Positions 11,201 through 21,706 of a DNA stretch of 64,000 nucleotides are shown here, one piece after another. Origin of the DNA: Sporopachydermia quercuum (Eukaryota); contig BCGN01000007.1 in assembly GCA_001599295.1 (NCBI GenBank), forward strand, positions 12,433 through 76,432. Reading direction: 5' to 3'. Under the pieces are notes generated by a model. That model searched no databases. It saw only the letters and a list, made by a program, of their open reading frames with translations, and had not been told where the DNA came from. The first letter of the stretch is position 1, and every line of letters starts with the position of its first letter. The position numbers and the translations under genes are program-made.

Positions 11201-14200
11201 TCCGAATTCACTTCCATGCTTACGCTCGTAGGGCCGACGTCTGTGAAAACCGGCTCGGTCTGGATATTTTGCTGGTTCCGCAGGTAAAGCGGGGTAATAA
11301 GACAAGTCATCACTACCAACACAATGGTAGACCCGAACATTAATATCGAAAACAGGATATTATACACCGGGTTAGGCAATACCCCGCCAAACCGCGTGCC
11401 CCTACTCGGAGGGACCACTTTCTGGCAGATCCGCCGCAGCGGATGTCCCGGAGCAATAAACCAAAACACATAGTTATATCTCGGATGTTCTCGGAGAAAT
11501 CGGATCCGCGCTCCTGTTTTCTTATCGTGTTCCTTCAGCACTTCCGAGGCTATTGTTGCCGGGTCAAAATGCTTAAAATCGATTTCCGTTTTCCAAGAAT
11601 AGAATGGGTTTCTAAATTGAGCCGAGACAGTGTCGAAAACGGAAATAAGATTGAAAATAACATGGGAAATAAGGTTGGAAATAAAGTTCGGTAGTGGATT
11701 AAGGCTAGAATTAGCCTCAGTTAGTTCCGAGGGCCGGCGGNTAAGCTGTTCGTAGCGGAAACGTTTGCCGAAGCCTCGGAACCGGCAGTATAAGCGATTG
11801 AATCGGCGCAAAAGATAGCGGGAGAATTTTTTAGTCCGGCGCATGTTTTTCCTAATTGGGCGTTTACGTGGTTTACCCGGTTTACCCGATTCGGATTCAG
11901 TATGTCTGCCGTTGCTGCCGCGGTCGGCGGCATTCTTTCCTAGTGAGGGGATATTTTCCTCATTGAGTGCGGATTCCTTAAATGGATCATACTCAATAGG
12001 GGAACTTGGCACAAAATTGTTCGAACCCGATTTCGGCGATTTCGGCTCGAATTCAGAATCCAGGTCATCCAAATCGGACTCTGCGCCGATATGGTAGCCG
12101 AAATCGGAACCAGAAGCGGAAGCGGAATTAGAGTCGAATTTAGCACTTAGCCTGGAGTTTAATCCTAAATTAGAAAAATTAGAGTGACTGTTAAGGGGAC
12201 TTTTACCGTATTTGGCATTATTAGCGCCCAAAACAGTATGGCCTTCCGTTATTATCTCTGTTTCCGTGGGCNGGCTAATTATCTCCGGCTTCAGATTATC
12301 CAATAGCTTCCGGTTTGGAGCATTTGGGATAATTTCCTGTTTCAACTCAGAAGAAGGCGAAATCGGGAAAACTCCCGGTTTAGACAATTTTACCCCATTC
12401 CGCTTTGCCCTCATTTTCCGTCTATTTTTCAAATTTGGGCTCAACTCGCCCTGATCAGCCGACTGTGAGTTCTCCCCCTCTTTGCTCTCTTTTCCTTCTT
12501 TCCCCTCCTTTGGATCGGCAAACCGCTCCACCACCTCTCCCTCCAACAACACATCATACATCTCCTTCTTCACCTCCCCATCGTACCTAAATACACGAGC
12601 TTTCAGCCGATCGAGGTAATTCTTCCGGTTAACGTTCTCTAAACTGTCGGCATATTTCTTCACAAACATAACTATATGGCCCCGAATCTTTTCGGGATAG
12701 TCCAACTCTAAATTGTCGGAAATAACAGCAATGAAAATGTTCAAAACCATCATATTGCTGATAATAAACCACACAATGAAGAAAGAAGCTGAGACAATCC
12801 GAAACCATCGGTCCGGAGCCGACTGCTCCACCAAATACATGTTTGCGGTCCAATTCTCGGTAGAGGTGACTTGATAAAGGCCGAGAAAAATGGAGGGGTA
12901 ATTGTTGAACGGAGTTAAGTTATCCGTTTCCGAGAAGTCGTCGTTTAGTACTACGCCTGCGAATAAAGTGGAAGCGATGACAGAAGAAAGGATGATAAAT
13001 AGGAAGAAAAACAAGGACAGGTTGATAATAGACTTTCCGGTGCCGATAACCTTGATCCAGAGTTTAGCCGAAACGGGAATTGCCAGGGCAACGCGGTAGA
13101 AACGGAGGAGCTGAAACACAGTAAGCCAATAGTAAGTATGGTCAAGGGAACGCCGGATTGGCGGGACAATTATTATGGACGTGACTATGGCTAGCGTGAG
13201 ATCGATTAGGTTTGTCCCGCGGTGGAAAAAAAGATCCCAGCGGGGTAAATAGCCGAGAAAACGGAAGCATATTTCAAATAGAAGCAGCACGGTGACGGAG
13301 CCTTCTATGGCGATTAAAGAATTGGTTCGGGACTGGGATTGGTCGGCCCGGCGCCAGCATTGAGTNATAACTCCGAGAAGAATCACAAACACCCAAATGA
13401 GCCGCGTAGCCGAGTATATACGATGAATAAGGTTGCCGGGTTGAATCGGGTGTCCATCGGGAGTATGCGTAGCTCCGTTCTCAGGAAGAAACCGGGCGAA
13501 TTTTCGGGAGAATTTGAGCCATTTGCTTTCATTCCGGTCCGGAAGGTTGTTTCCTGCTCTGGCCCTACTATTTCTGGTATCATCGCCACCTCCGGCTACA
13601 GCAGCTCGTTCCCGCTCCCGCTCCCGAGCTCGCCGGATATCCTGACTGAGCTGATATGACGACACAATCACGGCAATAAACAAATTCACCATCCAAACAC
13701 CCAATATCAAAACTCCAACAATAAAGTACAAAGATGCCGCCAGCATTTCTGCGTCTATTGCATACGTCATCAGGTCACTAAAAGTGTTAACGGAAATCAT
13801 AACGAATACCATTTGGAAAGCGGAGAGGATGTTGTCGAAGCCGATGGCTCCGTTGTATGGAGATCCGACGGTTCGGCATTCGGAATCAACCGGACATGAG
13901 TAGCCTTTGATTTTACCCGAGGAGGTGCCGTCGGATAGAAGATAGGGCATTTTGATTAAGGTTCCGCTTCCGGAATATAAGGAGTCGGAGACCACAAAAT
14001 AGCTGCCACAGAACTGAAACTCATTTATAAACACATCCGACTGGTTACTTGGATTAATCCATACACATTGCCGAGCAAACGACGATTTGAAGCATTGCAC
14101 TCCGATTATGGAAAAAAACAGCCAAAAGAAGACGATGAAAACACCCGTATTGAGCAAAAGAGGGGAGGCTATTTTTAAGCTTCGGAGAATAGCAGAATTT

Positions 14201-16290
14201 GCTTCCGTCACGTCCAAAAGCCGAAGCACGGGCAATAAACCCAGAGCTCGGAAGAAACACAGGGCCCGGAAATGGCTGCCTAATCTAGACGAGTGTTCCG
14301 ACAACCCCGCCGTTAATATAATTGAGATCCAAAAACACAAAACCGAAAGAAGATCAATACGAGGCCAAGAATGCCGTAAAAACGCTCGCGACCGCTTTAT
14401 TGCCTTGCGAGACTGATAAGGCAATCCCGGTTTGCTCCGGGAAAACTCAGCCGAAGCGGAATACGTCGTTTCCAGTTCCGAAATCCGGTCGGGAGATGAG
14501 CGGACGAGCCGAGCTACCCATAACTGGAAATACAGAACCAAAGGAGGAATTGACCCCGCTTTCGGTAACCCGAATCCTTCAAACATTTGCCCATCATCAA
14601 TACAATTGTACACGATCATAAGCGCGGCAACTCGGACCGTTAGCAACAAATAAATGATACAAAGAGGAAAATCGAGCCAATGGAAGCCGAGCTGTCCAGT
14701 ATCAGGCGGGTCCCATTCCCGAATAATAACTAGAATGGCTACTGTAGCTAAAAGGGCTATGTATACTAAATGCATATACGGCTCCGAGAATATCAGCCAG
14801 AGTTTAATCCGCAGAGGGTTTTCCGGGCCAAATTTGCCGAATGAGGAGCCGTGAAGTTTATCGGTTGATTCTGGAACCGGAATTCGGAGAAAGACGTTGG
14901 TTTTTATGTTCACGTCATCGGCCTCGTCGGTATGGACACTTTTGGTTTCGGGGAATATCGGAGTCGGAAGCGCTCCAAGCTCGGATTGAGCTCCGACTCC
15001 TGAACCCGCTCCTAAGCTGGCTGCCGATGCGGAGATGGAAACAGAACCGGGAGCAGCGGGGCTTCTTCCGGGAGAGATTGGAGAAGCCGGAGAAAAGTAT
15101 TCCGAGGGAGAACGGTACATTGTTAGCTGTGGAAGATGCCTTTCGGAAGCAGAAAGAGAATTCATGGGCCGAAGGTTAGGAATACTTGCTTGAGAAAGGG
15201 TAGGAGACTGAGAAATATCAGAAGTAATGGAAGGAGATAAGGTTAGANTGTCGGGAGAATTCGGAATGATGATTTTCGGCACGTTTGGCTTTGTGTTTCC
15301 GCTTCCTGTGGCGGCTGGCTTGCTCGATGAGGTGTTCACGCTTGTGTTTGTTTGGTCAAAAACGCTAGGCACAGACGTCACAGAAATCGCCGGAATCACA
15401 GGAATAGAGTTTGATGCCTCGCCAATTTCTGGCCCACTTACCCCATCTTCGACATCTCGACTACCTCCAAAACTTAAATGTTCCCCCGACTGCGCACCCG
15501 GTGGCGGCAGGAAGTCTAATTCCATAGTATTCCCACTTGCACTATTGGCTCGGCTTCGGAACCCTGCACTGGAGTTCACCGACCCCACATCTGAGGATGC
15601 CGAATTCTGCAGTGCTTGTTGATCTATCGCAAGCCATTGCCCGTCAAAAGCGGCTGCTAGTCCCGTTTTTAGATCCTTCACTTTTTGTGCATATGCCGCA
15701 CGCTTAATAAACGCTGTGGTATCGGTATCATTTTGTAATTCCATAGAGCTCCTGGAGTTTTCATCTGAAGACGGCGATAGATGCCTTTTTTCTGATTGTT
15801 CTGAACGCGTTGGTTGGGCTCTGCTAGGCGATCCGAGATAGTCTCGGGCGAAATTATTGCTTCGAGAATCAGCGGACGACAACGAACGGACCCGGTGCCG
15901 GTGCTGACTCCGTGACCGAGAACGAGACCGCGAATGCGAATGTGAACGCGAATGCAAGCTGGAGTGGGGAGAGTTTCGGACATAACGTGCTAGCGATCGT
16001 GCCCGTTCCCGGCCGCTGCTCTGAGAATGACTTTGCGATGGGCTCAAAGAAAGACTTCTGGCTGAAGACGGTGAGGGGGAGCTTACATTGATGTCGGACG
16101 AGCTCGTCTGATGGTCGGGAGTTAATTGACGGGAAAGTGAGGAATCGGAAAAAGTCGGACTGAGCAGTTCGGAAGTCCCACTGCCCTTCTGCTCGGGGGT
16201 TGTCGTTTCTTCCGCTGACGTGACTGTAACATTTGGGATTTGTAGGTTCGGAACTTTTCCTCTTTCTGAGCTGGATTCAAAACGTGACAT
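8251..16290 (-). CDS. CCH1: High-affinity Ca2+ channel subunit Cch1 (4x6TM), 2679 aa
   Basis: Four hydrophobic repeats with S4-like segments (FKALRALRLL) and pore loops SVNTFSD / STENWT / SLEGWTD / FGEGWDE (N-E-E-E filter). No introns are needed. Confidence 0.95.
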   Translation of the reverse strand: MSRFESSSERGKVPNLQIPNVTVTSAEETTTPEQKGSGTSELLSPTFSDSSLSRQLTPDHQTSSSDINVSSPSPSSARSLSLSPSQSHSQSSGRERARSLARYVRNSPHSSLHSRSHSHSRSRSRSRSQHRHRVRSLSSADSRSNNFARDYLGSPSRAQPTRSEQSEKRHLSPSSDENSRSSMELQNDTDTTAFIKRAAYAQKVKDLKTGLAAAFDGQWLAIDQQALQNSASSDVGSVNSSAGFRSRANSASGNTMELDFLPPPGAQSGEHLSFGGSRDVEDGVSGPEIGEASNSIPVIPAISVTSVPSVFDQTNTSVNTSSSKPAATGSGNTKPNVPKIIIPNSPDXLTLSPSITSDISQSPTLSQASIPNLRPMNSLSASERHLPQLTMYRSPSEYFSPASPISPGRSPAAPGSVSISASAASLGAGSGVGAQSELGALPTPIFPETKSVHTDEADDVNIKTNVFLRIPVPESTDKLHGSSFGKFGPENPLRIKLWLIFSEPYMHLVYIALLATVAILVIIREWDPPDTGQLGFHWLDFPLCIIYLLLTVRVAALMIVYNCIDDGQMFEGFGLPKAGSIPPLVLYFQLWVARLVRSSPDRISELETTYSASAEFSRSKPGLPYQSRKAIKRSRAFLRHSWPRIDLLSVLCFWISIILTAGLSEHSSRLGSHFRALCFFRALGLLPVLRLLDVTEANSAILRSLKIASPLLLNTGVFIVFFWLFFSIIGVQCFKSSFARQCVWINPSNQSDVFINEFQFCGSYFVVSDSLYSGSGTLIKMPYLLSDGTSSGKIKGYSCPVDSECRTVGSPYNGAIGFDNILSAFQMVFVMISVNTFSDLMTYAIDAEMLAASLYFIVGVLILGVWMVNLFIAVIVSSYQLSQDIRRARERERERAAVAGGGDDTRNSRARAGNNLPDRNESKWLKFSRKFARFLPENGATHTPDGHPIQPGNLIHRIYSATRLIWVFVILLGVXTQCWRRADQSQSRTNSLIAIEGSVTVLLLFEICFRFLGYLPRWDLFFHRGTNLIDLTLAIVTSIIIVPPIRRSLDHTYYWLTVFQLLRFYRVALAIPVSAKLWIKVIGTGKSIINLSLFFFLFIILSSVIASTLFAGVVLNDDFSETDNLTPFNNYPSIFLGLYQVTSTENWTANMYLVEQSAPDRWFRIVSASFFIVWFIISNMMVLNIFIAVISDNLELDYPEKIRGHIVMFVKKYADSLENVNRKNYLDRLKARVFRYDGEVKKEMYDVLLEGEVVERFADPKEGKEGKESKEGENSQSADQGELSPNLKNRRKMRAKRNGVKLSKPGVFPISPSSELKQEIIPNAPNRKLLDNLKPEIISXPTETEIITEGHTVLGANNAKYGKSPLNSHSNFSNLGLNSRLSAKFDSNSASASGSDFGYHIGAESDLDDLDSEFEPKSPKSGSNNFVPSSPIEYDPFKESALNEENIPSLGKNAADRGSNGRHTESESGKPGKPRKRPIRKNMRRTKKFSRYLLRRFNRLYCRFRGFGKRFRYEQLXRRPSELTEANSSLNPLPNFISNLISHVIFNLISVFDTVSAQFRNPFYSWKTEIDFKHFDPATIASEVLKEHDKKTGARIRFLREHPRYNYVFWFIAPGHPLRRICQKVVPPSRGTRFGGVLPNPVYNILFSILMFGSTIVLVVMTCLITPLYLRNQQNIQTEPVFTDVGPTSVSMEVNSESVAGHPTSVIADLVFLVVFTLEFAIKVLADGFAFTPNAYLASTWNCIDLVVLISLYISVSASFSLDKEINRAVGAFKALRALRLLTVSARASKVFHDMIISGLGNILVAGAVSMCLLFPFSIWGLNIFSGQLGVCTNSELSLAECNYEFPNSILNWDVLSPSVFIGYWFSFDDFRSALLTMFEITSLEGWTDVMSVVSSITGPGNPPETFASPGSGVFVLLYNFLGTVFILTMFIAVVISYYSKTTGSAYLTEAQVAWTETEKILAGVRLTPRPELGKIDPNGRFSRFKRIRLQCYQFCTVNRAKFNTALFSTLVLVLLGLLMEIYPGRTAVETIKQVIYLLASFLILILGLVQFIALGVRNLLLRPWGLYLLIMGLLAFSTSAIYLFLPMEDRIWFNINKLFIVLLLFLVIPLSDTLDQLAKISNSSLMVVCILLFTWGVLFIAYAIAMNQIFGLTKLGANSSLGYTFRNIPQGLILLFRMSFGEGWDELMTDYIIEPPFCVASSDLSETDCGNKAWAYVLFISWNILSMYMFLSMFVSLILENFSYVSQHAGPSRELTRKEVRKFKRRWREFDGKGRGMIAKEQLGAFVRGLSGVLSLERRDLGGTGSESGGAGTEAGLRKLGLRRLRNRWVEADKVGAEAGTEEKTGIGLRSYKLAARMQEPGNRDGKGNGNDTGTISLVMRPPPRSPHPQITNNAYFPLYDYKLNWDIINTDMEIFRQDGLLQQLSDRNDRFEQFCHEVICETEAQNHELIPFHVVLKHVAFYALFDYSCLSLTEFCHYYVLEVKARQRRQSAREFGCILTFVTRIKFLQLRKIPESSMSKREKAEVLRELNTFKPGQDQDQERDGDLGRDRMLDYYDSDVVSFVEQDMMAERASASELHMVQTADGEFVYDQNELSRVISDDAGSRIDGTGSGASDDYGGVIGRVGNQYFSRFAPKMTPVTEQDETASVLTTGINRDPQSSPVRSRRRKVSREDYFT

Positions 16291-17292
16291 TTTCTAAAAA
16301 TGGTAATGACATAAGGTTTCGGGTTACCCTATTTGGATATATTGCAACAAAAATGGCCAAAAACGGTAATTTGCACCGGATTTTATGCCTTCTTCCTAGG
16401 ACAATCCTAGAATAGGTAAATCGAGTGTAGTAAGTCAACAAGCTGGAACCAAAAAGTTAGAAATCCGGCTGTTTTCGGAAATTAACGGCCCAGATACCTA
16501 TTTAGGTACAAATCGGGGAATATTGGGTTGCTTTTGTTTTCCAAATATTGGTTTACAGCAGAAATCGCTTCCGTAATGTTCATTTAAGATAGTTAAATGG
16601 AGTACTAAATAAAGTTTTGTGATCTTAAAATAAAACAGTTACACAGAAACAAGAATGGAGGGGGGGTACAAGAAAGATACATCACGTGATTAAGGCACAC
16701 TTAAAACTAAGGTTTAATTTTAGTGTAGGAACTAAGATCTAAATTGCCATTTTGGGAATGAATGTCAAGTTTAAATGTGAACTCTCTTTAGCGCTGCATA
16801 TTCATCTCTTTGCGTCACTTTGCATATTATTTTCATTTTTGACTTTCTTATAAGTATATGCAGTGAATTATTAAGGAAAGAGAGGAATTAATTAGAGATT
16901 AGAGATTTGGAATTGTTATAGCTTTGTACAACTGAAAAGGAGCTTTCTTTTGTATTTGCGTTATTTCGAAACTGACTTCCAAAATAAGAGATTGTCCCTT
17001 TTCGTTTATAGAGGAATTTATCTGGCTTGGACGGTCTTGTTAAGAACGAGCTAAAATGGAAACGGTACATTGGGAAGAGAGTCTTATTACCAAAATAACT
17101 TCCAAGATTCTATTTGTGAGGTTAAAATCATACCCCTCTATCTATTTAGAGTAGTAACAGGTTGCCTGATTAGGAGTTTACCTCGATACTTGCCCGTTTT
17201 ACCGCTATTTCTAAATATCGTCTCGCTTTGCCCTACAAATGGGAACATATAGTATCCTTTTGTAGTCAAACCTTATCTCCATATCGTCTCCG

Positions 17293-17302
17293 AAAATTTT
17301 CA
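17293..17302 (-). promoter_or_regulatory. RRPE-like element (TGAAAATTTT) upstream of GPN3
   Basis: AAAATTTTCA on the + strand, ~200 nt upstream of the GPN3 ATG. Confidence 0.35.
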
Positions 17303-17505
17303 GCCCACAAAAATAAAAATTTCCGCCTTCCTATCTTCTTTCTTCTCCACTATTATTTCTTTTATTCTACTAATTTTTTTTTCCGCTCTGCAATCCGTGA
17401 TTATTTTCTATCTACTCAGCGATCCTATTTAGGTAGGTGCACTGATAGGAAGTTTACCGAGATTGGTAAATATCCATCTGAAATAGCAATATCAATCAAA
17501 GCAAA

Positions 17506-18677
17506 ATGTCCCGAGTAGGATTGCTGGTTATGGGACCAGCAGGAGTCGGAAAGGTAAGTACAAATGTGTTTGTAGAATAGATAATTCTTTTTTGGTATTG
17601 GATTTGTGGAGCGGAAACATATTTCAGAGCGGAAACATATTTCAGGTCCTTGCAGGAATTTTATCCTGAGGAAAGGGACTCGAGCCCCAAGGCCGGAGCC
17701 CGAGATGACTTGAGGTTGTGTGATTACAGCAATATAAGGAAAGAACGGGAAAGATAAGCTTGAAGTGGTACGGTTTCGGCTTCCGAGATCATTTCCGTTT
17801 CCGATACAAGAACCACAATTGGTGTTTTCCGTTCTACCGAGCTAACCCTACAAAATCCAATCTCTTTTCCATTTTACCTCTTTTCCTCTTACTAACATAC
17901 CCCACTTAGACTTCCTTCTCAACTGCCCTTATAAAACACATGCAAACGATTGGAAGAAGAGCCCACATAGTAAACCTGGACCCCGCCGCGGAGCCCTCGG
18001 AATTCGAATTCACCATTGACATCCGAAACCTTATTTCTCTAGCCGATGTAATGGAAGAACTTGACCTTGGTCCAAACGGCGGCTTACTTTATTGCTTTGA
18101 GTTTCTCCTGAAAAACTTGGATTGGCTTGAGGAAGAAATCGGAGACTATTCCAACGAATACCTTATTTTCGACTGTCCAGGACAAATCGAACTTTATACT
18201 CACGTTCCGATAATTCCCGAAATTATTGGCTTTTTATCCCGCAATTTAGGGTTTAATCTTTGTGCAGCTTATCTCTTGGAAGCCCCGTTTGTCATAGACC
18301 GCGGCAAATACTTTTCTGGCGTACTTTCGGCAATGTCGGCTATGGTCCTGTTGGAGACGCCGCATATTAATATCCTATCTAAGGTGGATTTAGTACTGGA
18401 CCAGATGCCTCGCCGGGAGCTTAAACGTTTTCTCAATCCCGATCCGCTATTATTAGCCGATGAGGTGAATGCGGCTAGCAATCCGAGGTTTTACGAGTTG
18501 AACCGGGCAATTGCAGGGTTGGTGGAAGAATTTGGAATGGTTCAGTTTTTGCCGTTAGAAGCGGAGAATTCGGACAGCGTTGCAGGGATTTTGAGTTATA
18601 TTGATGATATTACACAGTGGTCGGAGGGGCAGGAGCCGAAACAGCCGAATGATGAAATAGAGTTTGAGGAGGAGTAA
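17506..18677 (+). CDS. GPN3: GPN-loop GTPase 3; exons 17506-17553, 17910-18677
   Basis: Spliced P-loop GPAGVGK|T, NLDPAA, LGPNGGL and [11 protein letters not shown]. Intron 17554-17909 reads GTAAGT...TACTAAC...TAG and restores the frame. Confidence 0.95.
17609..17644 (+). repeat. Perfect 18-bp tandem duplication GAGCGGAAACATATTTCA x2 in GPN3 intron
   Basis: Read directly from the sequence. Confidence 0.85.
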
Positions 18678-19561
18678 GTGAGGTGGAGTTCGAGTTGGGA
18701 AGAATTGGCAATGACTTTGATAAAACCAGGCAGCAATCGGCCGAAATTAAACGAGAAATAGCCAAATTCGATCAGATTACCGGGAATTATACTTAAATGG
18801 GTAAAACAAGTGAGAATTCAGTGCTGCACTACTACCATGCCACAAGTGTGCCTCAGGTAACGATACAAGTAACCATACCTTTATTGCCTGTTACGGCATA
18901 CTAATACACATAATGGAACATCACGCAAACTTAATGATGCTAACCTTAGTAATTCAGCGCCACAGTTGTTTACAAGGTGCTTTTTCTGTGGAAAATTCAA
19001 TTCAAATCAGGAAATGGCTGCGCCACAGCTAATAAACCTTGTTACTTAGTACCCCCTGTCAGTTTCCCCGTATACAATATAATCGTATAGAACATAATAA
19101 TTTAACCTATTGGCTGGTTCTACGGCTGCCCCTCTTAGTTACCCCTCTTTCCACTTGAATTCAAAATTGTATCCTATCTGAAATTAGCCGAAATGGGTCG
19201 ATCTTTTTTCAATTTGCTGACTATTTCCAATATATGTACTTCAATATAGCAGCCGACCTAGAAATTATGGAATTGGNAACGCAACCTTTTTTTTTATTTT
19301 TTTGACGTTGAACAACTTTCGGAATAGGATAAGGTTCAGCTCTTTCTCTGTTCGTTCTGTTCGGTTCTATTCTGCTCAATAGAAAGAATTCTCATTTTAT
19401 TTCACAGACTACAGCATTCTTCCCGTCTTCTCCTATTCAAGATAAAAACCTATCGTACATTTATTGGCTTATTCACCCCTCACTTGTCCCTCATTTACCC
19501 CTTATAAAGTATCCAAGATATAAGTAGTCATTGTGTTTATATTGATGATCCCAAATATTCT

Positions 19562-21706
19562 CTATTCTTCAGTATATTTAGCTAGAATGGCATTCAACCG
19601 TTCTTCTTTCTCCAGATAGTTTCCGTTTCCGTTTCCGTTTCCATTTCCATTTCCGTTTCCTTTATCAAAGTCAACTTTATTTCTCTTTCCAGCACTCGTT
19701 TCATTCAACTCTCCGTTCCGTTTCATTCCGATTCCGACATTATCCATAGAATCTCTTTCTGCAACTAATACACCTGTAAACGATTCTAATGACTTCTGTC
19801 GTAGGCCTCTCGGCTTCTTAGGAACCTCTTGCATCGGCATCTCGGACAAGCTAACGCTTTTATTATGTGCATTGATTAAATATGGAAATTTATGCACAAA
19901 TGAAACTTCAGGATCGGAATCCAGTGATGACAATGACATACTTGAGACACTAGCATCTTCAGAGGATAGTAAAGTTTCGGAATCGGAGGATTTCGCAGAG
20001 AAGACCTTGATTGAACCTTGAGCTTTATTATCACAAGTTCTCATATTACTACTAGTATTATTATTCTTGTTTCCGGTGTTGTCTATATCTTCTGCTTTCG
20101 GTCTCCGGGATCGTTTCATAGCTTTCCCCGCTTTCTTGCGTAAAAGTTTGTCTTGCTCATAATCTTCAATTAACATTGGAATCACTTGACAGTCTCCTTT
20201 CACTATTAAATCAAAACATCCTTCTAGTGGCTTGTCCCGCATATCCTCTTTATTGATCCAAATTACCCCACCATTATTAGCCCGGACAGCGGCGCTCAAT
20301 TCTTTGACTAGTCGTCTAACTCCGGGTATTTTTAACGTGGTACCAACTACTACTAATCCATCGGGCTTAGATAGTAAATCATCTGCGGATACCCCGCCAA
20401 TGATTTCTCCATCGGGATGAAATTCATTGTATAAGACAATCCTAGGCCGAAGGACACCGATTCCTTGGGATCTTTTCCCAGCTATTTGGCGAATTTCTTC
20501 CGTTTCTTCACATTGAGGACACACTGGGGGCCGAGATGCGTCCCGGAACAACTCGGGATCTAGTTTTGCATTCCATCGGCATTTTGTGCATGTCATATAT
20601 TGAACAGTTCCGTGTAATTGGACCGTCTTGGGATATGTTACCGAGTTTCCTAACGGAACTTCTGTTTGTAGATGAGGAAGACGGGTTTCTAGACAGTCAA
20701 TGTTTTGTGTATAAAGCCGAGCGAGTCGAGATTCCGATGCTACCTGATTCATAAATTTGTGAAACCGAGTTGGTGATGATTTTTCGCACAGAAAATATAA
20801 ATCGTTGACCATAGAATGGAAATTTGAGGTTGATTGTTCCGAGGAGTAAACCGAAGAGTCAAACAGTTCCTTACCGGAAGTCTTCAACCCGAATCCGGCT
20901 TTCACGCTGCGGAATAAGCCGGAAGCAGATCGGAAGTCAGGAATTCCTGCTGAGACGGATATTCCCGCTCCAGTGATGAAAATAAGCCGTTTGGAATGAG
21001 ATAACACGTGATTGAGAAACGAGAGATAATCGCGGTTTACTTTCGTAGTGTCGGAGAAAAGAACTTCGGAGGTGTATGTGTGTTCCGAGAGATGAGATAA
21101 ATCAAACCGAGTGTTTTTCTCCGGTCGGTAAGAAAGCCTAGGTTTTCTTTTCGGTCGAGGTTTTCTAGCTTTAACCGGAGTTTTTGTATCTGGTTGAACC
21201 TCCCGAGATGCGTATGATTGTGATTGTGATTGTGATTGTGATTGTGATTGTGATTGTGATTGGGACAGATCCGAGAATTCGCAACCCCCGCTTTCTTGCG
21301 AAGAGTCAAATTGTGATTGAGTTTGTGAAAAAGGACAGCTGGAATCTTGTGATCCGATATCGGAGCTATTTTCAAATTGGGTCGGCTCGGCTATTAGCTC
21401 TGTCGAGCTGTCTGAATTAGCCAAATAGCCGAGATTTTGTTCCGATTCTTCTTTTTTGAGTAATTGACTATTTACTGTATCGGTTGACAGTATATTTGAA
21501 TCCGAGCTTGGCTCAAATTTAGCTTCGGATTGATCTGATGCTGGTGCAGCTGTAGATGATCCGAAATTATTCATCGGAATGGGATTTGTGGTTGGGGTTA
21601 CCGACATCGTTTCCGGTTTCATTATCTCATTCCAGGTTTCCTCACAGTATCTCATTGCTCCGGGGAATGAATTGTACCTAGTGAACGGTTCAGAAACAGA
21701 AGCCAT
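19562..21706 (-). CDS. HST4: NAD-dependent H3K56 deacetylase, Hst4-like sirtuin
   Basis: GAGISVSAGIPDFRS, RLYTQNID, QLHG, CxxC..CxxC, GKRS.G.G.LRPRIVLYNE.HP.G and GT.LKIPGV (Hst4 type). Divergent from RVB1, as in S. cerevisiae. Confidence 0.85.
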   Translation of the reverse strand: MASVSEPFTRYNSFPGAMRYCEETWNEIMKPETMSVTPTTNPIPMNNFGSSTAAPASDQSEAKFEPSSDSNILSTDTVNSQLLKKEESEQNLGYLANSDSSTELIAEPTQFENSSDIGSQDSSCPFSQTQSQFDSSQESGGCEFSDLSQSQSQSQSQSQSQSQSYASREVQPDTKTPVKARKPRPKRKPRLSYRPEKNTRFDLSHLSEHTYTSEVLFSDTTKVNRDYLSFLNHVLSHSKRLIFITGAGISVSAGIPDFRSASGLFRSVKAGFGLKTSGKELFDSSVYSSEQSTSNFHSMVNDLYFLCEKSSPTRFHKFMNQVASESRLARLYTQNIDCLETRLPHLQTEVPLGNSVTYPKTVQLHGTVQYMTCTKCRWNAKLDPELFRDASRPPVCPQCEETEEIRQIAGKRSQGIGVLRPRIVLYNEFHPDGEIIGGVSADDLLSKPDGLVVVGTTLKIPGVRRLVKELSAAVRANNGGVIWINKEDMRDKPLEGCFDLIVKGDCQVIPMLIEDYEQDKLLRKKAGKAMKRSRRPKAEDIDNTGNKNNNTSSNMRTCDNKAQGSIKVFSAKSSDSETLLSSEDASVSSMSLSSLDSDPEVSFVHKFPYLINAHNKSVSLSEMPMQEVPKKPRGLRQKSLESFTGVLVAERDSMDNVGIGMKRNGELNETSAGKRNKVDFDKGNGNGNGNGNGNGNYLEKEERLNAILAKYTEE
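19619..19660 (-). repeat. Hexamer repeat encoding (GN)7 in the Hst4 C-terminus
   Basis: (RTTTCC)7 on the + strand. Confidence 0.9.
21215..21262 (-). repeat. Perfect (TGATTG)8 microsatellite encoding a poly-(SQ) tract in the Hst4 N-terminus
   Basis: Read directly from the sequence. Confidence 0.95.

Noticed and set aside
8733..15983. Numerous 60-130 aa ORFs overlapping CCH1 (and similar ones over ZPR1, GLT1, MGM1)
   Set aside because: Shadow/antisense ORFs of long genes, with no recognisable motifs.
17960..17990. Alternative CUG decoding (Ser/Ala clades)
   Set aside because: CTG encodes conserved Leu (GPN3 NLDPA, GLT1 YILRK), so the standard code fits.
21037..21420. ORFs with (NH)n and (IV)n repeats
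   Set aside because: They are alternative-frame readings of the (TGATTG)8 repeat inside HST4.
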